Shown here piece after piece: positions 19,478 to 29,500 of a stretch of DNA of 64,000 bases. Each line of letters begins with the position of its first letter. Position 1 is the first letter of the stretch. The notes beneath the pieces were generated by a model. The model did not search any database, was not told where the DNA came from, and was given only the letters and a program-made list of their open reading frames with translations. Location: the IMG/VR virus record IMGVR_UViG_3300020421_003230, positions 32,001 to 96,000 of that record, one strand, 5' to 3'. The DNA comes from a virus. The translations under genes and the position numbers were made by a program.

Positions 19478-20047
19478 ATGGAATTGAATTGGACATATGA
19501 TGTAGAAACTAAATTGATGACATTTATTTTAAATGATTCAATTAAATATGTAGCTACAAGTGGAGGCCTTCGTATTGATAAACATCAAGATGGAGAAATT
19601 GTAGAAACTTTTATACGAAGAAATAGAAAAGAATTTTCAGAGATAACAGATGTTCCTGAAGATTCAGAACGAAGTTGGGGTGAGGAATTAAATTGGTTAT
19701 GTGAAGAACATCCTGATATAGTTGGAGAAAATTATATGGATTGGGATAAAGGATTTATTAACCGAGAAGGTGAACTTGTTGATATAGGTATGTCAAGAGG
19801 ACAAGGTGTTAATAATCCTACTGATAAAATAGCAGTAAATAGACTTGGTATCCCTGCAAATATAACTGAAAATTGGGATTGGGAACATATAGGACAGATT
19901 GATGATGAAAAAATAAAATTCTTAAAAAATATAAAAACAGGAAAAATAATCAAAGTTGATTGGAGTAATATGATGATACCTTGTGATGTTTTTCCTGAGA
20001 TATATGGGCCATACGAAAGTTCAGAAGAAGAATTTGAGAAATATTAA
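19478..20047 (+). CDS. Hypothetical acidic protein
   Basis: 189-aa ORF with AAGGAG RBS; no recognisable motif. Confidence 0.7.
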   Translation: MELNWTYDVETKLMTFILNDSIKYVATSGGLRIDKHQDGEIVETFIRRNRKEFSEITDVPEDSERSWGEELNWLCEEHPDIVGENYMDWDKGFINREGELVDIGMSRGQGVNNPTDKIAVNRLGIPANITENWDWEHIGQIDDEKIKFLKNIKTGKIIKVDWSNMMIPCDVFPEIYGPYESSEEEFEKY

Positions 20048-20060
20048 ATTAATTCTTAAC

Positions 20061-20068
20061 TATTTATA
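20061..20068 (+). promoter_or_regulatory. Putative phage promoter motif TATTTATA
   Basis: Recurrent intergenic motif, about 24 nt upstream of the start at 20092. Confidence 0.6.
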
Positions 20069-20091
20069 TATAATTAGTATGGAGAAACATT

Positions 20092-20418
20092 ATGGCTATT
20101 TCTAAAGAAGATACAGCCCGGTCATATAAAGGAACTGTGATTGGCGACAACATGGTCGTCAGTTTAAATTTAAAGTGGTTGATACAAATCATATCTCTGT
20201 GTGCAATGTTAGTTTATTCTTATTATAGAATAGAAATGAGAATAATTGATTTGGAAGAAAAATTTACAACGGCTGATACACACATAGAAGATTTGTTATC
20301 AAAACATGAAGCAATTGAATCTGCAAAACGAGTAGCACTTGAAGAGCAAATAAAATTTTATGAAAAAGAATTTAATATCAATCCATTAAGTTGGGGTAAG
20401 AAGAAGAGGAAAAAATGA
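20092..20418 (+). CDS. Single-pass membrane protein with coiled coil
   Basis: TM WLIQIISLCAMLVYSYY then 'RIIDLEE'; similar architecture to 15364-15744; basic C-terminal tail. Confidence 0.65.
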   Translation: MAISKEDTARSYKGTVIGDNMVVSLNLKWLIQIISLCAMLVYSYYRIEMRIIDLEEKFTTADTHIEDLLSKHEAIESAKRVALEEQIKFYEKEFNINPLSWGKKKRKK

Positions 20419-21041
20419 TTAAGTTAAAAGAACTATTAGAACTTCGTAATATGGTATATAGTGAATCTATAAAACCAAAGCACGAAAAGAAGATGAACCA
20501 AAAACTTACAATTTGGAATGAGAACTTAGTTCTACCAAAAAGGATTCCACCTGAAAATGATTCTAACGAAACATTAGGTGAAGTAAAGTATTTATCAAAA
20601 ATAAAACTAAATAATGATATAGTAAAAAGTGGTGATGATGTTAAAGAAAACTTTTTACCTTTAATTGAAAAATACAATCTTAGGGTTACTGAAGAGGGAT
20701 TATCAACGATAATCAAACAAAGTACTAAATTCATTATGGAACTTAAATATCATTACAATAGACCAAGACCATATCAAGTTGCAGAGTTCTATGGTATTGA
20801 TTTAAATGGTACTGAATTAGATAGTATGAAAACACCATCATTTCCAAGTGGACATGCAGTTCAAGGATATATGATTGGTGAGTATTTAGCAAAAGTAGAC
20901 CCAACACATTCTAATGAATATAGACAAGTTGGTGAAGATATAGCACAATCAAGATTGGTGGCAAAAGCTCACTATCCATCTGATAAGGCCTACGGAAAGG
21001 AACTTGCTAAATTTCTTGTAAATAGTATGAAAAAAATATGA
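20415..21041 (+). CDS. PAP2-superfamily phosphatase / haloperoxidase-like protein
   Basis: All three PAP2 motifs: KxxxxRPRP (KYHYNRPRP), PSGH (SFPSGH), SRxxxxxHxxxD (SRLVAKAHYPSD). Confidence 0.9.
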   Translation: MIKLKELLELRNMVYSESIKPKHEKKMNQKLTIWNENLVLPKRIPPENDSNETLGEVKYLSKIKLNNDIVKSGDDVKENFLPLIEKYNLRVTEEGLSTIIKQSTKFIMELKYHYNRPRPYQVAEFYGIDLNGTELDSMKTPSFPSGHAVQGYMIGEYLAKVDPTHSNEYRQVGEDIAQSRLVAKAHYPSDKAYGKELAKFLVNSMKKI

Positions 21042-21427
21042 TAACATTAAAAGAAATATATCAATTAGATGAGAGAGCTGATTTCCAATTCATTGCACAA
21101 CAATTAATAGAATACTATGGTTTAAAATCTAAAGTAAAATTTGGTGTAGGTAGAAATGATGCTGAATATGATTGGGATAAAGATATAATAAAACTACGAA
21201 GAAGTTATCCAAGTGTCAAGGAATTTATTATATCAGTATTACATGAAATACATCATGCTGACCAAGTACGAAAGTATGGTAGAAAAAGATTCTTAAAGAA
21301 ATATGCACAGGCAAGTCAAATGGCCATAGTTAAAGGTTTTGATAGATATGATGATAATAAATGGGAAAGAAAAGCTGAAAATTGGGCACAACAGGAATAT
21401 CGCAAAAAATGGAAAAATAAATTCTAA
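21038..21427 (+). CDS. HEXXH zinc metallopeptidase-like protein
   Basis: 'SVLHEIHHADQ' plus downstream 'WERKAE' third-ligand pattern. Confidence 0.7.
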   Translation: MITLKEIYQLDERADFQFIAQQLIEYYGLKSKVKFGVGRNDAEYDWDKDIIKLRRSYPSVKEFIISVLHEIHHADQVRKYGRKRFLKKYAQASQMAIVKGFDRYDDNKWERKAENWAQQEYRKKWKNKF

Positions 21428-21456
21428 TTTTTTGTACTCCTTCTGATATATATTAT

Positions 21457-21468
21457 TAACTATAGTTA
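21457..21468. promoter_or_regulatory. Perfect 12-bp palindrome TAACTATAGTTA
   Basis: Seen directly in the 225-bp non-coding gap ahead of the replication genes; function inferred only. Confidence 0.3.
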
Positions 21469-21583
21469 TGAATTCAATAAAGGTTCTAAGAAAAATCCAA
21501 CCTTATTTTTCTCTGAAAAAAATACGCACATTAGACAATAAAAATTACATTCTGAGAGATTAAATATATATTTATTATTAAAT

Positions 21584-21632
21584 AAGCATTAAAGCAAAAG
21601 CAAAAAAGCAAAAGCATTAAAGCAAAAGCAAA
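21584..21632 (+). repeat. AAGCA-based repeat tract with a 21-bp direct repeat
   Basis: AAGCATTAAAGCAAAAGCAAA at 21584-21604 and 21612-21632; seven AAGCA units overall. Confidence 0.8.
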
Positions 21633-21652
21633 CTTTAAAAAAAAGGTTTTTT

Positions 21653-21985
21653 ATGAAAACTCGTTCAGCAAAGAACAAAGGAAAAAGATTACAAAATTCA
21701 GTACGAGATATTCTTCTCGAAACATTCACACAATTAGAACAAGATGATATTAAATCCACTACAATGGGAGAGAGTGGTGAGGATATACAATTATCACCAG
21801 CAGCTCGTAAACTCATCCCTTACGCATTCGAATGTAAAAACCAAGAAAAATTAAATATATGGAGTTCATTAGAACAGGCCGAATCAAATGCAGAGAAAGG
21901 AAAACCAGTCTTAGTATTCAAAAGGAATAGAAGTAAGACATATGCGGTTTTAGAGATTGATGATTTTATCGATTTAATTAAATGA
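21653..21985 (+). CDS. Holliday junction resolvase-like PD-(D/E)XK nuclease
   Basis: 'SAKNKGKRLQ...MGESGEDI...FECKNQE...PVLVFKRNRS' matches the Hjc-like phage resolvase pattern; next to primase. Confidence 0.8.
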   Translation: MKTRSAKNKGKRLQNSVRDILLETFTQLEQDDIKSTTMGESGEDIQLSPAARKLIPYAFECKNQEKLNIWSSLEQAESNAEKGKPVLVFKRNRSKTYAVLEIDDFIDLIK

Positions 21986-22188
21986 GTATAATAACCAAAT
22001 TAGAAGATGGTACAGAAGTAGATGATACATATGTAACAAGTATTGATTCCATTATGATATTAAAAGAACTAATAGGTGATGATAAAGTATTTGATGAGAA
22101 TCGTGAGTTTACAGAGTATGGTAAAAATAGATTAAAAGAGTTGCAGAAAAAATGGTGTTTGGAAAATCAAAAGGATAATTATTATTAG
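21982..22188 (+). CDS. Hypothetical protein
   Basis: 68-aa ORF overlapping the resolvase stop; no motif. Confidence 0.6.
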   Translation: MSIITKLEDGTEVDDTYVTSIDSIMILKELIGDDKVFDENREFTEYGKNRLKELQKKWCLENQKDNYY

Positions 22189-22190
22189 TA

Positions 22191-23117
22191 ATGAGTCAAT
22201 TAGTTATAAACATATTAGATAAGGCCTTGAAATCAAAAGGTCAATCATTAAAGAAAACCAACGAGTATATGTGGTGGAGTCCATTCATACAACATCATAA
22301 ACCAAAACTACAAGTTAATATTCAGACTGGTAAGTGGCATTGTTGGGTTTCTAATCAAGGTGGACATAATCACTTTCAGTTATTAAAGGCTCTTGGAGCT
22401 GATAGAAGTTTATTCAAAGAGATGAGTGATGCTGTGGGTTCCACTTATTACACTACAGAAAAAAATAAAGATGATAAACAAATAATACTAAATCTTCCAA
22501 AGGAAGCAAAACCATTGTGGAATGGTGGTGATTCACTTCAGAAACTACATGCATTGAAGTTCGTTATGGAGAGAGGATTAGATATGAGTGATATTATCAG
22601 ATATAACTTACATTATTGTTTAAGTGGTATATATCAGAATAGAATACTTATACCATCTTATGATAGTAATGGACAATTAAATTATTTCGTTGGAAGAGAT
22701 TTTTATAAAAGTACCATGAAGTACAAAAACCCACCCGTACCTAAAGATGTTATCGGATTCGATTTATATGTGAATTGGGATGAACCGATTATTCTTTGTG
22801 AGGGCGTGTTTGATGCAATGGCTATTAAAAATAATTCCATACCTTTGTTTGGTAAGACTATATTACCTAAACTTTCGGATAAGATTATCAAGAAGAGAGT
22901 ATCCCATGTAACCATTTGTTTGGATGATGATGCGTTTAAAGATTCTATAGAGATGGCATCTAAATTTATGGATAATGGGATTTCGGTTAACTTTGTCAAA
23001 CTTCAAGGTAAAGACCCAAGTGATTTGGGATATAAGAATATGATAACACATTTAAACACTTCAACGGAAGTAAACTTTAAAGAACTAATGAGGATGAAAA
23101 TCTATGGTAATAGATAA
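22191..23117 (+). CDS. DNA primase (Toprim)
   Basis: N-terminal degenerate Zn-binding region (SPFIQHH..WHCWVS), 'NRILIP..YFVGR..KYKNP', Toprim 'LCEGVFDA..PLFGK..CLDDDA..KDPSDLG'. Confidence 0.9.
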   Translation: MSQLVINILDKALKSKGQSLKKTNEYMWWSPFIQHHKPKLQVNIQTGKWHCWVSNQGGHNHFQLLKALGADRSLFKEMSDAVGSTYYTTEKNKDDKQIILNLPKEAKPLWNGGDSLQKLHALKFVMERGLDMSDIIRYNLHYCLSGIYQNRILIPSYDSNGQLNYFVGRDFYKSTMKYKNPPVPKDVIGFDLYVNWDEPIILCEGVFDAMAIKNNSIPLFGKTILPKLSDKIIKKRVSHVTICLDDDAFKDSIEMASKFMDNGISVNFVKLQGKDPSDLGYKNMITHLNTSTEVNFKELMRMKIYGNR

Positions 23118-26100
23118 AGTAAAAGTACCGTTTAGGAAACTAAAACATATACATCACATAAGTGATATACAGATTAGGAACTTAAAACGACACAAAGAAT
23201 ATGAACAAGTATTTGAGGGATTATATGAAGAAGTAAGAAAGAATCCTAACAATGCTATCTCTTATATCGGTGGAGATATAGCTCACTCTAAATGTGAAAT
23301 GTCACCAGAGTTAGTTGACCAATTATCAAGGTTATTTAAGAACTTGGCAGATATCTGTCCATTAGTTATTATTGCTGGTAATCACGATTGTAATCTAAAC
23401 AATCTAAATCGTATGGATGTATTAACACCAATCGTAGAAAACCTAAATCATCCTAATCTACACTATCTAAAAAGAACAGGTGTTTACACTTGTGCTGATA
23501 CAGATTTAATTGTATGGGATGTGTGGGATAAAGAAGAAGATTATATTAAAGCAAAAGATGTAGAGGGTGATAGAAAGAAAGTTGTATTGTTTCATGGTAC
23601 GGTTGATAGGAGTGAAACTGATTTAGGATTCAAGTTACCATCTAAAGTAAAGATGAGTATGTTTGATGGATATGATTTAGGATTACTTGGTGATATTCAT
23701 AAAAGACAACATTTGAATAAAGAAGAAACTATTTCTTATTGTGGTTCATTAGTTCAACAGAATCATGGTGAAGATATTGGTAAAGGTTATTTACTATGGG
23801 ATATGGAAACTCTTAAATCTAAATACATTGAGATACCAAATGAGTATGGTTATTACACCATCAACATTGATAATGGTAAGTTACCTAAACTACCAGATTT
23901 TCCAGCAAAACCAAGAATTCGTGTACGAGTAAGTAATACAAAACCATCACAATTAAAGAAGTTAATGGTAGAGTTACAGAAAACAGCTAACATTCAAGAA
24001 TCAGTTATTACAAAAGTAGATGGATTAAGTACTGATAAGATTCGTGATAAAAAAATTAATATAGGTGATGTAAATAATCCTGATTATCAATATGATTTAG
24101 TTAGTGAGTATTTAAAAAACAATTATATTGTTGATGATGATACTATGATTAAGATTAAGGATATCTTAAAGGAATTAAATAGTGTAGTACCAGAAGCAGA
24201 TATTAAAAGAAACATTAGTTGGAAGTTAAAGAAGTTTGAGTTCAGTAATCTATTCAGTTATGGTGAGGATAATGTAGTTGATTTCACTAAACTAAATGGT
24301 ATGATTGGATTGTTTGCTCCTAATGCTAGTGGTAAATCTGCATTGTTAGATGCATTATGTTTTAATTTATTTGATATTAGTTCTCGTGCTTATAAGGCAG
24401 ATAACATTATTAATAAAGCAAAGAATACATTACATTGTATAGTAAACTTTGAGATAGATGGTGTGGATTACTTTATCGAAAAGAAAGGTAAGAAGAACCT
24501 AAGAACAGGCCATGTTAAAGTTGATATTGATTTTTGGATGGTAGATGATACAGGTGAACATATTAGTTTAAATGGAGACCAAAGAAGAACCACACAGAAG
24601 AACATACAAAGGGTTATTGGTAACTACGAAGATTTCATATTAACATCAATGAGTTCACAAAATAACTCTACAGTCTTTATTGATAAAACACAGAAAGAAC
24701 GAAAAGAGTTATTATCTCAATTTATGGGATTAAAGATATTTGATACATTATGGCAACAAGCATCTGAAGATATCAGAGAAGTAAGTACACTTCTAAATGA
24801 TTTTAAGAAAGCTGATTATGATTCAGAACTTGCAAATATTACAAATGAATTAATTCTACTTGAATCTAAACAAAAAGATTTTAAAAAGGATGAAAGAGAA
24901 TTAAAGAAAGAATATAAAAAAATAACTATAAATATTCAAGACCAATCTAAACGATTAAAACCTGTAGATGATAATTTGAAGAGTATAGAGGTATTGGAAA
25001 AGGAACACTCTAAATTAACAACATTATCAGACAATGTCAAGGAAAAACTTGCAGAATATGAAACAGAACAATATGATTTTGAAAGAGCAGTTCAAGAGAT
25101 TGAAAATAAGATTGTTATATATCAACAAGATGGTGTTGAAGAGAATTACTACAAGTTAGAGAAGCTTGAAGAAGAGAGAGATTTGTTTCAAATAGAATTG
25201 GATAAACTAAAAGCAGATGTAAGAGTTAAATTAGATAAGATTGATAAACTCGGTAATTTAACACATGATGAGGATTGTAAACATTGTATGAGTAATCCAT
25301 TCACATTAGATGCTATTGAAACTAAGAAGAATCTTGAAAAGGATAAAACTCTTGCACAAGAGTATGTACAAAAGAAACAAGAGATGGAAGATGAGATACA
25401 GAAACATTTCAAGGTTCGTGCATTCAAAAAGGATTTAGATGAGTTACAAGATAAGTTAAATGAGAAACAAAGATATCAAGATAACATTATATCTAATATA
25501 AACATCACAAAAGAAAAACAAAATAATATTACTACACAATTCAATCTTATTACAAGTGAGATGGAAAGAGCGAAATCTCAAGAACAGAATGTAGTGTTCA
25601 ATGAACAGATATTACAAGAGATTGATAACTTAGAAAATCATCAAACTGATTTGGATTATCAATTGGGTGTAGTTGGTAAAAAGATTACAACATTACATGG
25701 TGAGATACAAGTTCATAAAACTAATGAAAAACAAATCAATGATAATATTGATAAGGTTGCAGAACTTGAGGATTCACATCAGGCATATCAATATCTATTA
25801 GAAGCTATTAAACGAGATGGTGTTCCTTATGATTTAATCAGTAAATCACTACCAACCGTTGAGGGTGCTGTAAATGATATTCTTGCACAGATAGTTGATT
25901 TTAGTATTGTGTTTAATATGGATGGTAAACAAATAGATACTCACATTGTATATGATGATGATAGAGTATGGCCATTAGAACTATCAAGTGGTATGGAACG
26001 ATTCATTAGTTCTCTTGCAATAAGAGTTGGTTTAATGAATGTTAGTAATTTACCACGAAGTAACTTCCTTGCTATTGACGAGGGTTGGGGAACAATGGAT

Positions 26101-26265
26101 AGTGAAAACTTAAATTCAGTTTCACAATTATTCCAATATCTGAAATCAGAGTTTCAGTTTAGTTTAGTTGTTTCTCACATTGAATCGATGAGAGATTTTG
26201 TAGATACCTTGTTAGAAATCAAAAAGGTAAGCGGTAGTTCATCTGTTAGGTTTAGTAGGGATTGA
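23104..26265 (+). CDS. Mre11/SbcD-Rad50/SbcC (gp47-gp46) fusion recombination nuclease-ATPase
   Basis: Metallophosphoesterase motifs HISDIQ, GGD, GNHD, FHG, GDIH. Then Walker A APNASGKS, Q-loop, coiled coil with CKHC hook, signature LSSGME, Walker B AIDEG, VSH. Confidence 0.93.
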   Translation: MVIDKVKVPFRKLKHIHHISDIQIRNLKRHKEYEQVFEGLYEEVRKNPNNAISYIGGDIAHSKCEMSPELVDQLSRLFKNLADICPLVIIAGNHDCNLNNLNRMDVLTPIVENLNHPNLHYLKRTGVYTCADTDLIVWDVWDKEEDYIKAKDVEGDRKKVVLFHGTVDRSETDLGFKLPSKVKMSMFDGYDLGLLGDIHKRQHLNKEETISYCGSLVQQNHGEDIGKGYLLWDMETLKSKYIEIPNEYGYYTINIDNGKLPKLPDFPAKPRIRVRVSNTKPSQLKKLMVELQKTANIQESVITKVDGLSTDKIRDKKINIGDVNNPDYQYDLVSEYLKNNYIVDDDTMIKIKDILKELNSVVPEADIKRNISWKLKKFEFSNLFSYGEDNVVDFTKLNGMIGLFAPNASGKSALLDALCFNLFDISSRAYKADNIINKAKNTLHCIVNFEIDGVDYFIEKKGKKNLRTGHVKVDIDFWMVDDTGEHISLNGDQRRTTQKNIQRVIGNYEDFILTSMSSQNNSTVFIDKTQKERKELLSQFMGLKIFDTLWQQASEDIREVSTLLNDFKKADYDSELANITNELILLESKQKDFKKDERELKKEYKKITINIQDQSKRLKPVDDNLKSIEVLEKEHSKLTTLSDNVKEKLAEYETEQYDFERAVQEIENKIVIYQQDGVEENYYKLEKLEEERDLFQIELDKLKADVRVKLDKIDKLGNLTHDEDCKHCMSNPFTLDAIETKKNLEKDKTLAQEYVQKKQEMEDEIQKHFKVRAFKKDLDELQDKLNEKQRYQDNIISNINITKEKQNNITTQFNLITSEMERAKSQEQNVVFNEQILQEIDNLENHQTDLDYQLGVVGKKITTLHGEIQVHKTNEKQINDNIDKVAELEDSHQAYQYLLEAIKRDGVPYDLISKSLPTVEGAVNDILAQIVDFSIVFNMDGKQIDTHIVYDDDRVWPLELSSGMERFISSLAIRVGLMNVSNLPRSNFLAIDEGWGTMDSENLNSVSQLFQYLKSEFQFSLVVSHIESMRDFVDTLLEIKKVSGSSSVRFSRD

Positions 26266-26406
26266 TGACATCTTAGGTTTACCGACCTTTATCTTATTCA
26301 ACATCTGATTTATATAAGCTGAACAAGAAGTTCGGTTGTCTTTACAATGTACTTTGAACCACATCATTAAATCTTCGTCTAATGTGAAGTTATATCTTTT
26401 TTTCAT
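26239..26406 (-). CDS. Ribbon-helix-helix (CopG/Arc-like) DNA-binding protein, 55 aa (not in ORF track)
   Basis: MKKRYNFTLDEDLMMWFKVHCKDNRTSCSAYINQMLNKIKVG...: alternating beta strand, helix, S-x-S turn, helix. Has its own TATTTATA motif on the minus strand (26437-26444). Confidence 0.75.
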   Translation of the reverse strand: MKKRYNFTLDEDLMMWFKVHCKDNRTSCSAYINQMLNKIKVGKPKMSSIPTKPNR

Positions 26407-26436
26407 ATTATACTCACTTTATACACACTCTATACA

Positions 26437-26475
26437 TATAAATAAGTATTAAAATATAAAATTTTAATATTTATA
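26437..26475. promoter_or_regulatory. Back-to-back promoter-like motifs (minus-strand TATTTATA at 26437-26444, plus-strand ATATTTATA at 26467-26475)
   Basis: Each copy of the recurrent motif points towards its adjacent gene (RHH gene and tail fibre gene). Confidence 0.6.
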
Positions 26476-26504
26476 GTAGACACCAAATATCGGAAACATC
26501 TTAA

Positions 26505-29500
26505 ATGGCAATATTAAAACGAATCAACAAATATCAAGGATTGAAGGACATTGATGTTTTAGTAGATGAGAAAGGATTAAGTTCTCAGTACTTTAATATC
26601 ACACAAGTTCCTACATCTTTCCCACAAGGAAGGTCTACCTTTATAATCGGTGGTTCGCCTTTCTTAAAAAATAATGTAGAACTTAAAATAGAGATATTAG
26701 ATTCTAAGGGTAAGACTGTTTATACAGAACCTATTACAAATTATCTTGAAGGTGATGGTAGAAGAGTAAGTGTAGAAATATATAACGATACATCACCTGG
26801 TGATTGTTTCTTATATGTTGTAGGTGAATTAAAAGATAATTACAAAAGTGTTTCTGCTCTTAATGAAAGTGTAGAAGATATTACCGACCAAATGCCTGAG
26901 ATGGAATTTGATGCATTTGATGGAAGTACTCAAGATGTACCATCAGAGTTTCAAGGTGTTTATAATGTACGATATTCAAGACCTATTAGTATCAGTACAA
27001 CAATTCCAAATAGTGAACCGATATTATTTTATAACCAACCAAGAGTTACAGTATCTGAAATATTAAAAGGATATGTAGTAGAGGTTCCTGTATCATCATC
27101 AGTACAGATAACAGGAAGTGCAGAATTTAAACCACAACCAAATTTACAACCTTTACCACCTGTACCTGAACCAGACCCAAATGGGTTTCCAATTATTGAT
27201 ACAAGTACAAGAGAAGATGTTGGTAAATCATTAGAAATATTTAAGAATCGCAGAAGTTCTAAAATAGAACCATTAAGATTCAGTAACTTTAAATCTCGTG
27301 GAAGAATCATGAGAAGAAGTTCACCTGAGATAGATAGAAATGAAATTATAATAGATTCATTAGAAACAGGTGAGGGAGTTGATGCAGATAAAGCTTCAAG
27401 TCAATTTGTTGGTGGTAATATTACAATTAATAATCCAAAAGTTGATTTTAGTAAACTACCTGGTGATGAGAGTAGATATACGATACCTGATAAATACGAA
27501 TCACAAATATCTAAAGTAAAGAATGAAAAAACAATTGTTCCTTTAGATGATTTTTTAATTACAGATAATGAAACAGGTGAAAGAATACCAATTGATATCA
27601 AACCTAATACAGAGGTTACGATGTCTTATGTTCCTACACCAGACCCTTCAATAAGTACAACACACTTCAGAGCATTCGCAGATATAACTCTTGGTAACTT
27701 AACCACATTTAGTGGTGATGTTTATAAGGCTAAGATTTCTGCTAGAAGTAGAGGAACACTTGGTGATTTTGAAACATTATATGATTCAACAATTGAAGCA
27801 CCAACTGTTTTAATAGATACATTCAGTCCAACAGGATTTAAAAATGTAGGTTACTTTTATACGGGTTCAATCATATCTGATTATTGGGATGTTTCAAATG
27901 GAACGGCAACTATAGATAATAGTAAGATGATTGATTCGGTATTGATTAGTGGTTCGAATCAAGGATTTACACCAGGTGTTGGTGATAGTACAAGTGGGCC
28001 AGTAACGAGTGATAGAAATGCAGTTATATTTGCTACATCACAAAGTTACGATTTAGAAAAGAATGTACCATATACGGTTTCATTCGATGCCTATTATTAC
28101 ACAGGCCCAAAACAAATGTCCCAAGATGGTGGAGTACAACAACATGCTGAGTTAGAAGTTATTGTAAGTGGTTCTGCAAGATTAGGAAATACAAATGAAG
28201 ATTATTCATTAGGTAAGGTAGAAGTTCCAACCAATACCACAGAGGGTGAAATAAAAGGAATACACAATACCTTTGTATCATCCACAACAGGAGACCCTAA
28301 ACTACGATTAAAATTTAAAGCAACTGCTGGTCAATGGATTATACATGATGTAGAAATAAAACCTTATAGTGAAACAAACTTTAATCCTGATTACTTCAGA
28401 ACGATTCTACCGATGCCACATCCAATGCCTAAGAAACCTGATAGTTATGATTTCTTAGTAGAGTTCTTTGATGTAAATAATAATATTGCTGAAACCATTG
28501 TAGTTAAAGAAGAAGTACCTTTTGCTGGTGCTCCTATAAACATTGATGGTGATGGTAACTTACTTAGTGGTTCTATGTATCTTGGTAATACTGAGGGTAG
28601 TGGTATTGAGATGCATGGTGGTTCTGCTTATCTAAGAAGTATTGGATATGATGGGTTTGATAACACTATAGCAAGTGGTAGTGGTGGATTTTTAATATTT
28701 AGTGGTTCTGTTGGGGATAGATTAAATTCTTCTGAAGATTATCAAGGTGTTGGTTTAGAAATAGTTGATGCTCATGGGGCAACAAATAGATTTATGAAAT
28801 TTAGAACAGACCCGAGTACATTCCAAGTACAAACGGATGAGTTCTTTTTAGGTAGTACATCACAATTTGTTAGTGGTAGTAATGGTAACATAGAAATTAG
28901 TTCAAGTAATTTCCACTTATCACCTGATGGTGATGTTACTATGGCAGGTACGATTAGTGCAACTGCTGGTAACATTGGAGATTTCCAAATTGTAAATGGA
29001 CAGATTAGTGGTAGTAACATTACTATGAATGCTACTCGTTCACAAATATTTAAAACAGACCAGGGTCCTGGTTCAGATACTTCAGCAGTTTTTGAAAACT
29101 TAAGAGATGAGTATTATATAGATTTTACACCAAGTGAAAGTATAGATAAAGTAAATAATTATCGACCTGGTTATTACATCAAGATGGGGCCAAACTTCAT
29201 GGTGGATAAAGATGGTATCTTGATTGCAAGTGGTGCAACATTCGAGGGTAGTATTACAGCATCTGCTGGTTTAATTGGTGGGTTCACAACGGATTCACAT
29301 TCGTTTAGTAGTAATAATATTTTTATTAGTGGTTCACCTGAAGTTGGTGGTATTGATGATTCTAAATATATGTTTATCAGTACATCAAAGTTTAATGTTA
29401 AACAAGATGGTAGTGTAACAGGTAGTGAATTTTTATTAGAGGGTGGTACAATTACTGATAATGTTACGATACTTGGTTCAGTATCTGCTAACTCTATTTT

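Noticed and set aside
21584-21632. 21-bp direct repeat as a mini-CRISPR
   Set aside because: Only two copies separated by 7 bp, low complexity, and no cas genes in the window.
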